Positions 26,447 to 37,853 of a DNA stretch of 64,000 bases are shown here, in pieces (the stretch's first letter is position 1; every line of letters begins with the position of its first letter). This stretch comes from Phoronis australis. Lineage: Eukaryota; Animalia; Phoronida. The notes beneath the pieces were generated by a model. It had not been told where the DNA came from. It searched no databases and saw only the letters and a list, made by a program, of their open reading frames with translations. The position numbers and the translations under genes are program-made. Location: assembly GCA_002633005.1 (NCBI GenBank), contig NMRA01000264.1:273353-337352 (forward strand). Reading direction: 5' to 3'.

Positions 26447-28277
26447 TGTGTAACTATACTGTAGTTGTTTCTTGGAATTAACGGAAAGGAAGATTAAAAT
26501 GCCATTTTTCAGCCATGTTTGGATTTTTGATTAGGGAAATCCTCTAGAACATTAAAGTGCGATTGCTTCTACACTCCCTAAGGAAGAAGTTTTCATCGGG
26601 TTGCGGATACTCTGTATTGCCTACTACAAGTTTGATGTACTTTTAGACAGTTACCAGTTGATAACACAAAGAGACAGTTCTCACATAATTGGTTGCCATT
26701 TCTTCATACAAGTCCGTCATTTACAGTTAATGTCAGGTTAAATTGTTTTGGGTCATGTGATGTGACCAACATATGGCATGCTGACCAGAATTAAAAATTA
26801 TTTTCATGGCGTCATTTCGAATGCACTGCAGTTGTTTTTGAGGCTGCATACCAAGCCGTAGGTGGATTATTAGGTGTGGTCATTTTTAAACATGTTGAAC
26901 TAGACTGACTGTGCAAAATGATGGGTGTAAAGTGTCCGTTTGTGGGCAGCAAAGTGGAGCGCGCATATTCAAGGTTACAAATGGCAGGAGTCGTAGTTTA
27001 TGTTGAGAAAGAGAAAGTGATGCAAGTTTTTGCATATTTAGGTGAAGATTTGACTACAGTTGAAGTAAACAGGCAAAGGTCAAAGGAAGTTGGGCGTAGA
27101 TGATGTGAAAATATTTATGTGTGTGTTAAAGTTAAAGGATGAGTTTCCAGAATTCCTCTTGACAAAAATTGCCAATTAAAATGAGCCTTTTTGTCTCCAC
27201 ATGACTCAACTGAATAATCATTGTTAAAAAGTGCAAATTAGCTGACGGCTTAAAATTTGCATTTATTAAGTTATTTGAAATGATGTCGCCGAGAAAATCA
27301 GCGTTTCGTTTTCAAGAAATCTCAAAATCTTGACTGATGGAATGAAAATTTACTAGTTGGGTTTGCAAACATCCTTGGGAACTTTGCGCTAACGCTGACT
27401 ATCAAAACACAGTGTTTGTGTCGATCAAAAAATCAATTGCGTTCATCACTCTATTGAGAAATTGTTGGGGCTCATTGGCAAGGATAAAGCGGGTCGCTTC
27501 TTGATGGAAATCTTTGCAGCTGGGAGTTCAACATATTCGCGATGATGCAATCCATGTTTTGAGGTTTGCTGGCTTCATATCTCTAGTTGTTCATTTCATG
27601 TTTCATTGTACATTGATTGCATTCTAAATCAGCGATAAATTTAAGAGCTGGAGATAAACCTGGAGTGATATGCATCGGTTATCTTCGATCTAGCAGTATA
27701 ATAAACTCAAGTGTCATTATGGTATGATTGGAATGATTTATACACTAGAGATAAGGTCAGTTTTACAATCTTCCTCTGTGTGTGGGTGGTTGTAACCATT
27801 TACTGTACATCTGTTACCACATTTCCCTGATCTTGAGCTTGTCCTTTTGATTGGTGGTGAATTTTGTGGCAGTTTGACCTGTTGCTGGTAAAGTGGTATT
27901 TGCTTCTGTCCCTTCTGAGAGACTTTATGTGAGGCTTATACTGTGTTCAGTGGTGCATTGAATGATGATGCATTGCAGTGACCCTGAAATTCGTGCTGCA
28001 ATACAGGCCAACAGAGTTAAAGTCGTGTGTCATGTGAGATATTGATCTTGTGCATGAATTGATCATTCATAAAAAAACAGGATTTGTGTCACGAGGACAA
28101 TTGCCTTTTGTCTCACATTGGAGAGGGGCCAGCCAGGGACAGACACAGGGGTCAAATGCATTTTTTTTAAAATTGGCACGATGTTGTCGTGACAGACCCA
28201 AGTTCCACATTACATGTGCTCACTTCAGATGCACAAAATTGTAAGGTCTTTCCAGTGCACTGCAGTTCTTGTAAACA

Positions 28278-29040
28278 ATGACTGCCAGCTTTTATTTCCT
28301 CCATTGCAGTTGTTCTTTTTCTGATGATGCAGGTCTCACATTTATTAGCTCGTCTATCCGGTCCTATGTCTCTGTCATTAGTTTTGTCCACAAGCTCATT
28401 AACCTCCCTGACCCCACTTCCTCCTTTTTCATCAAAAAACTCCTCAAAGACGCTTCCAATCTGCGCTCCTCTTCTGACAACCGCATATCCATTACTTCGG
28501 CTCTGCATCTCTGCTTGTTTGACACCTGCCCTTCTGCGCTCGGTTCTTTTGCCAACTCAGTTCTCGCATGTGTCATGTTCCTCCTAGCCTTCCATGCCTT
28601 CCTCAGTGTCGGTGAATTCAGTCACCTCCTTTCTCCTTTTACGTCATACAGGTCCTCGACATCATCTTCCCGCCCTCTGGCTATTTGGTGGTCATCACTT
28701 TGTGTACTTTCAAGCACAGCTCAGGACCAATCTCGCTTACAATTCCATCCATTCAATCTCCCCATTGCCCTGTATCTGCCCTAACCTTGTACTTTTCTAC
28801 TTTTCCGCCCTGTTCAGGCCCCCTGTTTCAACACCTCAGTGGATCACTGGTTACACGTTCCTGCTTCACCTCCATGTTAACTAAAGTAGTTTCCTTTGTT
28901 ACAAGGCCTCGACACCAAGTCTTATAAGTCACATAGTTTTCGCATTGGCGCGGCCACATCAGCAGCCAGCCGCAGCGTTCCTGAACTGGTGATCCGGCAC
29001 ATGGGGTGCTGGAAATCATGCTCTAAAAAACTACATTCGC
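28278..29040 (+). pseudogene. Degenerate DIRS-type tyrosine recombinase (YR retroelement relic)
   Basis: SIRSYVSVISFVHKL..LPDPT.SFFIKKLLK; MFLLAFHAFLSVGEF (catalytic R replaced by S); YKSHSFRIGAATSAA...IRHMGCWKS; frameshifted YIR at 29032-29040. Confidence 0.85.
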
Positions 29041-29358
29041 ATGTCTGTTTTTTCCTCATCACCCAGCTTCCTCAACTCCTGGTGAGTCTGTAGTTGCAGC
29101 TCCCCATTTCTCTCCCTTTGCTTTTCAGCCTCTCCCGCTACTTTGAGTATGTGGTTTGAGCCTCCCAGGCCAGGTCTGTTGTTACAGCCTGTGCCCACAA
29201 GTCTGTAGTTGCAGACTTTGTAAATTCTAGTCATTAGGCCTAGTTACCTTTACCGTCATTGTTCAATTTGTATTCTCAGTTTTCTTTATATTCTATTTTT
29301 TTATATTCTAGCTTTGTATTATAGTTTTCAGCTATACCTTTATTAGTCCATAATTATA

Positions 29359-29865
29359 CCGTATTTGCCCTAATAAGCGTCCATGCCCCTATAAGCACCC
29401 CCCACGCGTTTTCAAACTTTGCTAAAATAAGCGTCCAGTCCATGAACGCCATGTACATGAGAAAAATGCCTTACCTACGGTTCTAAAATTCTACAGTAAC
29501 GTCTTCAATTTATCAATAAGATCCGACAGTCCTGAAAAAATCATTGTGCACGGAATTTGTAGACCACAAGCCTCACCCTTATGTCTGTATTTAGCCGTGA
29601 CTATACTCTTCAAACCTCCGCCGTGCTTCAAAAAGAACGCAAAAGTTTTGCTGATCTTGTGAGGGACGTGTCCTATTATGGTATGGCCTTTCAGAACAGA
29701 TGCAGCATACTTGTCAAAGGGATTGTATTGGATAGGTTTCCTGTACAGTTCTTCTCTACCTACAGGAATCCAAATTTCTTTGTACCCCTGAAAACCGCGA
29801 ATCGAAGGCTAATAATAACTTGACTTTTGTTAAAAGCGCGTGGTCAGGAAGCACGCGCTACATTC
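29359..29865 (-). mobile_element. CCGTA-TIR element copy 2 (one TIR) with an uninterrupted HIRAN-like frame at 29491-29808
   Basis: TA|CCGTATTTGCCCTAATAAGCG. Minus strand 29808-29491 translates without a stop: PSIRGFQGYKEIWIPVGREELYRKPIQYNPFDKYAASVLKGHTIIGHVPHKISKTFAFFLKHGGGLKSIVTAKYRHKGEACGLQIPCTMIFSGLSDLIDKLKTLL*. Confidence 0.8.
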
Positions 29866-30579
29866 AAGTACCTGTCGTGGAAGATTAATCTTCGGAAACT
29901 ATCCATTGATGAAACGGGTAGCGCAGCATCGGCAAGAAATACCTACTGGCACTTATTTCCGAAAGTCTTGTTTAGTTCTTTTTATTTACGTTATAATAAA
30001 TGACACTATTCACAATGCTCATCTTGTTTTACTCTGCAACATAGCTCGTTGCGTACCCCGTGCAGAATAGATTACAATAAATTAAATTTAACTTCTGAAA
30101 TGCATTTTTCGTCATTATTTTGACATTTGTCACTTTATTTTGATATCAACCCTTAGGGTTTATTTTTCAATACTCATCGCTATTTGTAGTCTCAAGGGTC
30201 TACTTTTGTATTCATACATTTCTCTACGCAGCACCTGATTGGTCACCCATATTTCCTTTGTTCGGTTCAACATGGTCTAGCTCATTCAGCCACCTACCTC
30301 GTCTACAAGACCCCCCATCCCGGGTGTCTGTTCTCCTTTTTTCTTTTTCTTATATCCGTTAACTGTGGCGTTTTTTTCTTGCCCATCTTGCAGAGTCTTG
30401 TTTAGTTACTTTTATTTACATCATAATAAATGACATTATTCGCAATCCTCACCTTGTTTTACTCTGCATCATAGCTCGTCGCATACCCTGGGCAAAATTG
30501 ATTACGATAAAAATTGAAGATGTCAAATAAAACTCTGTACAGTGCTCAACACAGACGAAAATGTTTGCTGAACACAATT

Positions 30580-30750
30580 GACCTATCGCCAGGACTTTGA
30601 GTGACGGCTTAACTGACCATTTAGAACTCATCATTCTTGACACACCTTCGTTTCCAAGCCGCCATTTTACCCGACAAACAACCCGTTGCCGAGTAAAACT
30701 TATTGTTTGTTAGTCAACATTACGCAAGGGGGCGGAGCTTGCGATAGGTC
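30580..30750. mobile_element. Sola-like MITE, copy 2 (inverted relative to 8655-8823)
   Basis: aatt|gacctatcgccagg ... gcttgcgataggtc|aatt; internal sequence is the reverse complement of copy 1. Confidence 0.7.
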
Positions 30751-33044
30751 AATTGTTTTGTCGCCTGTGGAGACTATGGACACATGATTTTCGTCACCAA
30801 ATTTGAACTGTGTGAAGACCTCTTTGCAACTTAGCAACTTAATTTTGATTTTGTTTGTGCACTACTGTGTGTACCATTAAAATTGGGTCCATTGTCATTT
30901 GCTGTCTTGTTATTACTTGGTGAAATGAAATTTCTCCGAGTCATAAAATTTTTTTTTTGTTTGTTTCTTGTTCGCACGTTACAAATCGCAATTCTTATCA
31001 GATCAACATGAAATTTACACACCAACATGTGTTTCATGAGTGGCTCGAAGTCTATTGCTTTTTGTTGAAGTCCAATACAAGATGGCGTTGTAGCAGCCAT
31101 TTTTTCCCCTTTTTTCATTTGGGGAGCGTAGCTCCACTATTTTTTATCAGATTTTCTGGTTTTTCTTTCTGTGGCTAGATCATTCCAAGGTCTATTGCAA
31201 ATGTCTCATTTGTTTTTCTCTAGTGCTAGAGGTTGCATTTTCGTCTGATCGACATGAAATTTATGTACACTATTTACCTATATAGTCAATAGCCTGAGGA
31301 CAGTTGTTCTTGGGCAAATTTGGACGCAAGGTGGTGCTGTGACAGAGATTGTTTTAATTATGTTTACAAAAGTCTAGCTCCTCGATCCTTTGACCGAATT
31401 TTGGTTTGTAAATAGATCTGCTCATGGCTATACATCAGTATATTAAGCATCACAGTCATGGTTGTTGATGTTCTGGGTTTGGTCATCAATCTCGCCTTTG
31501 AATTTTTATTCGATTTCACCATGTGTCACTCCTCAGAGTGCTTTCATTTGATTTGTTTGTTTTGACACATTTAAAGTAATGTGCTTTTATGTACAAAATG
31601 TATCTGTTTCTATTTCTTGTATGTGGTCAGAACCTGTGTATTTTAGATTCTCAAACAAATTCACATAAATGCGATCTGAAAGCCCTTGGAAAAAAAACAG
31701 TTGCCCACGCATAACTAACTGTTGATTTTGCCCCAGTCTCGGTAATTGCAGGAAACTTTATTATACCCTAATTTTTATGTGGTTATCTAGTGACTATAAT
31801 GTGTTGTAAAGGCTGTCTCATTAGCACTAGCCATGTATGGAGCAATATATAATCACCTGTATCTTCACCCTTAACTGTTTCATCATCATCTCATCAAAGA
31901 AATATGAAGACTGGCATTGGATCAACTGATCACGAAGCCTTGTGGTTTTCCTTCTCATAATCAAATACCTTGTTCACATGGAAGTGGTTGTAACTTTTCA
32001 TTAAACCCATTTAAAGGTTATAGCTTGGTCTGAACTCTTTAAAACCGGTTTAAAAGCTGAGCTGTTGTGCTGTTATAACCCTCTGGGAGGTTGGCTTAGC
32101 GAGAGGTTATTACGGTTGTAATTCGGTGTGAACGCGGCAGTTTTAAAAGCTATAACTTTGTAGGTGGCGCTGCTGTCGAGAATGATGCACAGAGGCACTG
32201 TCATTGGAGTACAAAACGGAAAGCAATAGCACTGATCAACGAAGAACTAGGGTTACAACAGTCTGTTTGAACAATAACGATTACATAACAATTACAACTG
32301 TAGAAAAGTTACAAGGGCATAGTTCATCTGAAGTCTAAGCACAGTTTAAGTTGCAAAAAGTTCAACTGGTTATTTGTAAAATGTTAAGGTTTGTGTGGCT
32401 TAAAAATGATTCATGTTCCATGACTTTGTGGTTTTTGGCTTTCTTTGGATTTTTCCATTTGATTGTTGTTCCCACGATTCTGATATTTGCTTTGAAGTTT
32501 TGTTTTTTGGTTTACACTATGGCACAAATTGGTGGAGGCAAATTGCTGACTGGTCACTCAGATGACTGGCCTTAGAGACCGCCCACGCCTTGTGCACGAC
32601 AGCTGAGACAGTTTACACAATTCTGCTAAAATTTATGTCCTCAGATATTGATATTGATTTTCATTCTAATTGTGCCTGGCTCTATCATCACGGTATGGTC
32701 TTATTGGTTTGATGAAGTGGAAATTTGATGTTAAATAGGAAACGTTTCCCCTGAAATCTTTACGTTCTATTTCAACTAAAAGTCACTTTCTGAATTTGAA
32801 AAATGGAAACAGTCGCTATCAAATAACAAAATATGATGTTGTTGACTGTATTGACTGTATTGACTGTATTGACTGCGAGGCTATAAAGGAGAATTTGGTT
32901 GTGAATTGCTGGAAATGATGCATTTTGCGAAATTATGGAAATTACTGCTTTTACACATAGAATACTACTCACGATGAGCCAATCCAATTACAGTTGGATG
33001 CGTTGATTGCAAATTTGTTCAATGGTGTTTTTCTTATCTTTCAG

Positions 33045-33126
33045 TGAGGTCATTTTGATGTGCACACAGCATCGAGGGGAAAAAGATGGAGTTGTGAAAA
33101 ATTTGTCAAGGCCTGAGTTGCCCAAG
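33045..33126 (+). CDS. Candidate upstream exon of the PTP gene
   Basis: Strong tttttcttatctttcag| acceptor and AAG|gtgagt donor; open frame EVILMCTQHRGEKDGVVKNLSRPELPK, phase 0 exit; no homology recognised. Confidence 0.4.
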
Positions 33127-34269
33127 GTGAGTATTTAAAAGCAATAATAACAAAAACAACATTTTTTATATTTAAGGACTTACGACGTTAATTATGCCAA
33201 GCTGCAATCACAAAATTTGAAGCGGGAATAACTAAACCTTGAGAAATTAAATAAAATTCCCTTTCATTGTTTCGATGACATATAGCTGACGTCCTCTTGA
33301 GTGATGTTGAGTTTCTCACCCTGTGGCGTTGAAAGCAATGTACTTTATACTGGACTAAGACAGATACCTCCCCATCTTTACTAATAGCGTTAGGCATCTG
33401 CTTGATTCAGATTGACTCCCTAATTTTTCTCTTGTAGTCCTCTGCTTTTCTGTCAAGCAGGGCTACATTGGCTTGATCATCACAGTTGACTTACTTAATT
33501 CTGACTCTGGGTTTTTCTTTTCAGCTGTCATAAATGGTATGTTTGTATGCTGTTGCTTAAATGTTGCGTTTTTGAAGTTCCTCTTGAGAACTGACCTTTC
33601 ATTCTGAAGTGGTATGTGACTAGTCCTGTGGTATCTTCATGTCTCTTGTCCCTAACAACTGAGTTTTGTTGACACTGAGGCCCTTTTTCCATATAGTTAA
33701 CTCTGCTACTATCAAAGCTTCCATGTTAACTATGGTTAACCGCAAAGTTAAGCATTAATGTTCCTATCAACTTCAGAGTTTGTCAGCAAATTTATCACAA
33801 GGCAGTGCTAATTCAGTCTTTGGCCTTAGTGTTTTTGTCCTTGTCAACAAAAATGGCAAGGAACTGTAGCTCTCTACAAATAGAAACTATAAAGTCAACT
33901 TCACAAGGCAATGTACAGTAGAAGTTGATGTATTAAAAATGGACTCTTGGGTATAAGTTAACAGCTGATCCGAATAAATGTGGTAGGGCGGAAACTCGTT
34001 TTTGCCTACACCGTAAGTTCAGTGATTTTTTTAATGTTAAGGATCCAGTAAGCGCAAGAACAAATTGAAACAGAATGTCTAAACTGCCAATATAATAAAT
34101 GAACAAATCCAGTTTGGATATCCACAGTTGTCATTATGTGCTGTTCTTAAGGTGCACTGTGCTTCAGTTATTCTTCCTGTGGTTACAGTCACTTTCTGTG
34201 CTCCCACATTTTGAGAACAAGTTATCTCCACTGAATAACCAGCATCAAACTTGGCTTTGTCCGTCAGCA

Positions 34270-34830
34270 AAGGTGGAGTGACCTTAGGACTCTGGATTTC
34301 TGTGGGATGGGAATGTCACAAGCTCTTCAAAAATACGGTATTTCCCCAGCCATGAAACCAGTTAACACCATTTGAAACATCCTTGTGTATCCAAAAGTCA
34401 AATGTGAACTTACGGAAAAGAGTGGAGGAATTTATGAAATTGTCTGTGCATCTTATGACTTTATGTGTTTGGGTGAAACACGGAAGGGAATTAAAATAAT
34501 GTTGAAGCAGCAGCTAACAGCAGGCTTTTTGCCAGAGAAAGGCCTCTTTGTCAGAATTTAATAAGTCAGCTGTCATGGATCACATGTCAATAAGAATAAT
34601 CATGTGGTCGATTGATGAAATGTTGTCCTGCTTGACATGGAAGCGGAGAGGATTTCAAGAGAAAAACTAGCAAGTCAATCTGGATCAAGCAGATGCCTAA
34701 TGCTATGAATAGAGATGAGGATGATCCCCGATTTAATACAGTATACAACATATTGTTTTCACATCACATGGTGGGAAAACTCAACATGACTGAGGAAGGT
34801 GTCAGCCACAGGACATAATCTGAGGTAATT
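34270..34830 (+). mobile_element. Penelope-like retroelement relic (GIY-YIG endonuclease end)
   Basis: KYGISPAMKPVNTI*NILVYPK...KSGGIYEIVCASYDFMCLGETRK...KSAVMDH...NHVVD...SIWIKQMPNAMNRDED, typical of Penelope GIY-YIG C-termini, with stops and frameshifts. Confidence 0.75.
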
Positions 34831-36129
34831 TCGATGGAAGGTGAATAGGGGAGCTAGCACTCTTCACTGTACTCTCAGATTCTACGAACTCCGTGACTGG
34901 AAATGTCAAGTGAGTAGTGGTGGATATTCTCACTGAAGCCGTCATTGAGTTTCATTTGGTCCATAGCGTTATGCGTAATTAAGAACGATAACTTGCCTCA
35001 AAGAGTTCCAGCCAAATATGAACCCAAACTATCATTTTCAAAGTTGAGACTGCATGAGGCTTTAAAGCGCCATTTCCTTCACAGTTGTTGTTTTAATCCG
35101 GCTGTGAACAATCCTAATTAAGCCTGTAAATCTGCTGACTCAAAATCTTTCTTGCTCAGGTGGCATAGCCATTTCCCAGGATATTACAGCGCCCTCTCTG
35201 GTACCATGGTATTTACCTACCGTTAAGCGCGTCTGTAGGGCATTTACCCCTCCATTGTACTACTGTCGTGTTAATCACTATTTTGTATTAAGATTAATTT
35301 GCCATTTGTCATTCTGATTTGCCAATAAAGTTTTACCATTGTATAGTGAGTTGCAATTCTCACATCAAATCCTGCTGTTGTCAAGAGGCCTGTTTATTAG
35401 GAAATTTAATTAAGGTCCTATTGGGTGTAGTAGAACAATTATCACATTAGCGATGACTTCATGACAATAAAAACTGAATAAAACAATTAATATATTGTGT
35501 GTTATGCCTGGTGATTTTTCGAACTGTCTGCCTTTTCAAAATGAATTCCTCATGAAAAGTTAAGTTGGGATCAAAAAGCAAAATAGATCTGCTTGGTTTC
35601 GGTTCTGTTGTACTTGCTGATAAATGGTTTGGTGATAATTTTCATTAATTAGCACATAGTATGGCGTACAAGTGAAATTCTGTGTCAGCAATTTCTCCAC
35701 AAAAAGAAAGATCATTGAGAAAATTTCAGTCTATTGCTAGCTAGCCAATAGCCAGCTCTTAAACCGCGACTCAGTTTTGGAAGCTCTGGCCAGCATTAAG
35801 CCTATAATGCAACAAAATACATATACCTGCATTCGCATGCCATTATAGCGTGGTTTCACATTGCAAGTTTGAGCGAACTCTTGTATACGATGACTAAAGG
35901 AAACAGGAACTCTGTGTATGCCTAAGAAATGAAGAGTTGCTTGCCCACCGCTAGCTGCCTCAAGTGAAAGTCACGTATTCAGATAGTGCATGTCATGGAA
36001 ACTAAGATGACAAATCAAATGAACCCCTGTGCTTAGCTGACTTTTTCTTGAGGCTGCAGACTAAGCTCGTGGGTTTTTGTTTGTAATGAGCCTAACTTTG
36101 AGTAATAAGAAAATGATACAAGCGGTCTG

Positions 36130-37160
36130 GTAAACGTTGTACGAGATTTTTATGTTTCTACTGTGAAAAAGTGTGGCTGATGATGATTTTCGGACGACTC
36201 TGACTACTGTGGCACCTCCTAGTGGCAATTTTTTGGTCTATGGCTGTATCTCCCAAATCCTGTGCAAGATCTTTATTAAATTTGGCAAGTGTATTGATAT
36301 GAAGTTGACAACAGGCAATGACGACATTTTGATGGACCGCTGTGCCCTCCTCGTGGCATTTTTATAATTGCGCTCTTTATCTTTGAAACATCTTGGCAGA
36401 TTTGTATGAAATTAGATTTCTGTCAGAGTTGACAGCTTCCCGTGTTTGGATAGAATATCTTCGACGTACAGCGGCTGTTTTTATAGGTATTAGGGAGACG
36501 ACGATGCTTTCTCATTTTTGGGTGGATTTGACGTATTCTGCACCACTCAGTGGCCATTTTAAAAATTTTCAGTGTGTTCTTGAGATCACCCTCTCCATCC
36601 ACCAAACCCCTTGAAGGATCATTACGGTATTAAAATTTGGAGATGAGTTCCTGATGAAAAGACCAAGGCTGACGTATTTTTGGACGTGTTCAACTACTCT
36701 GGACCCTCTAGTGACATTTTTTTTGCGCCCGTGCCTGTATCTCCTTTACTTTTTGCAAGATCTTTCTGAAATTTAGCAGATGTGTTCCTATGGAGTTGGC
36801 AACATATGACAGCCAGTTTCAGACCAATTGAACTACAGCTGTGCTCCCTAGTGGCAATTTTATTTTTTACATTTGCCTCTAACTGCAGAGTTCCTTGATG
36901 CTTTTTCATGAAATTAGACAAACAAATTTCTGTTATGAAGACGACAGCATCTTTCCTTTTTGTGATAGATTCAACGTATTCTGCACCAACTAGTGGCCAT
37001 TTTAATTAATTTTTTTGTGTTTTATGTCGTTTGCCTCTGTATCTGCCAAACCAAGCAGAGGATCATTATGAAAATTGGTAGATGTGTTCTTAATGACAAG
37101 AGCACGATTACGTGGATTTTTAAATGTTTCAACTACTGTGATGCCCCCTAGTGTCACAAT
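36130..37160 (+). repeat. Second, more diverged array of the ~148-bp satellite seen at 11350-12843
   Basis: Same words (gactactgtggc.cctcctagtggca, ggctgtatctcc, aaatttggca); motif copies near 36212, 36342, 36540, 36701, 36841, 36983 and 37141. Confidence 0.8.
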
Positions 37161-37395
37161 GAGAAACTCATTTTGACCCCCTGCTCATTTCAAAGTGCCC
37201 ATAGGTTGTANNNNNNNNNNNNNNNNNNNNNNNNNNNNNNNNNNNNCTTCCCCCCCCCCCCCGCTCATTAACAATTAGTGTTTGCCTCTGCCCACTGTTG
37301 AATACTGCTGGCACCACTGTTGAATACTGCTGGCAGTGGTAACCCCTGGTTACTGTGAGGCTGTAAGCCATAGCTGCGCCACATAAATCTTTCAC

Positions 37396-37853
37396 TAGAC
37401 AGTGACGACCGTCTCTAGCTGACTAGAGATGGTGTAGCTCCTATAGGAGCTTCATCCGCCAGAAGCTTTTCGGCGAATTATGCCTCACACTGATTAAAAC
37501 ATCTAAGTCACGTTGTTATAAATACCTTTTACGCATAGAGGGACGCCTTTGAAGGTCATCAATGTATTTAATGCCTTACAACTCGAAGAAATACTCTCGT
37601 TATCAAACTTTTTCTTCGAGCAGTCCCTTGTTCAGTTCCCAGAATAGGTATAACTGGCCATGTTTACCCTGCTCATGCCAGGGGATATGACGTCATACCA
37701 CCTCAGGTGTCCATCTATGCGCAAAAGGTATTTATAAACTACGTGACTTTGTTGTTTTAGTCATTGTGAGGCATAATTCTCCAACAAGTTTTTATGAAGC
37801 TCCTATAGGAGCTACACAGACTCCAGTCAGCTAGAGACGGTGGTCACTGTTTA
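37396..37853. mobile_element. Foldback element with ~150-bp TIRs and 9-bp TSD (MULE-like)
   Basis: atctttcac|tagacagtgacgaccgtctctagctgac ... gtcagctagagacggtggtcactgttta|atctttcac. Confidence 0.8.
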
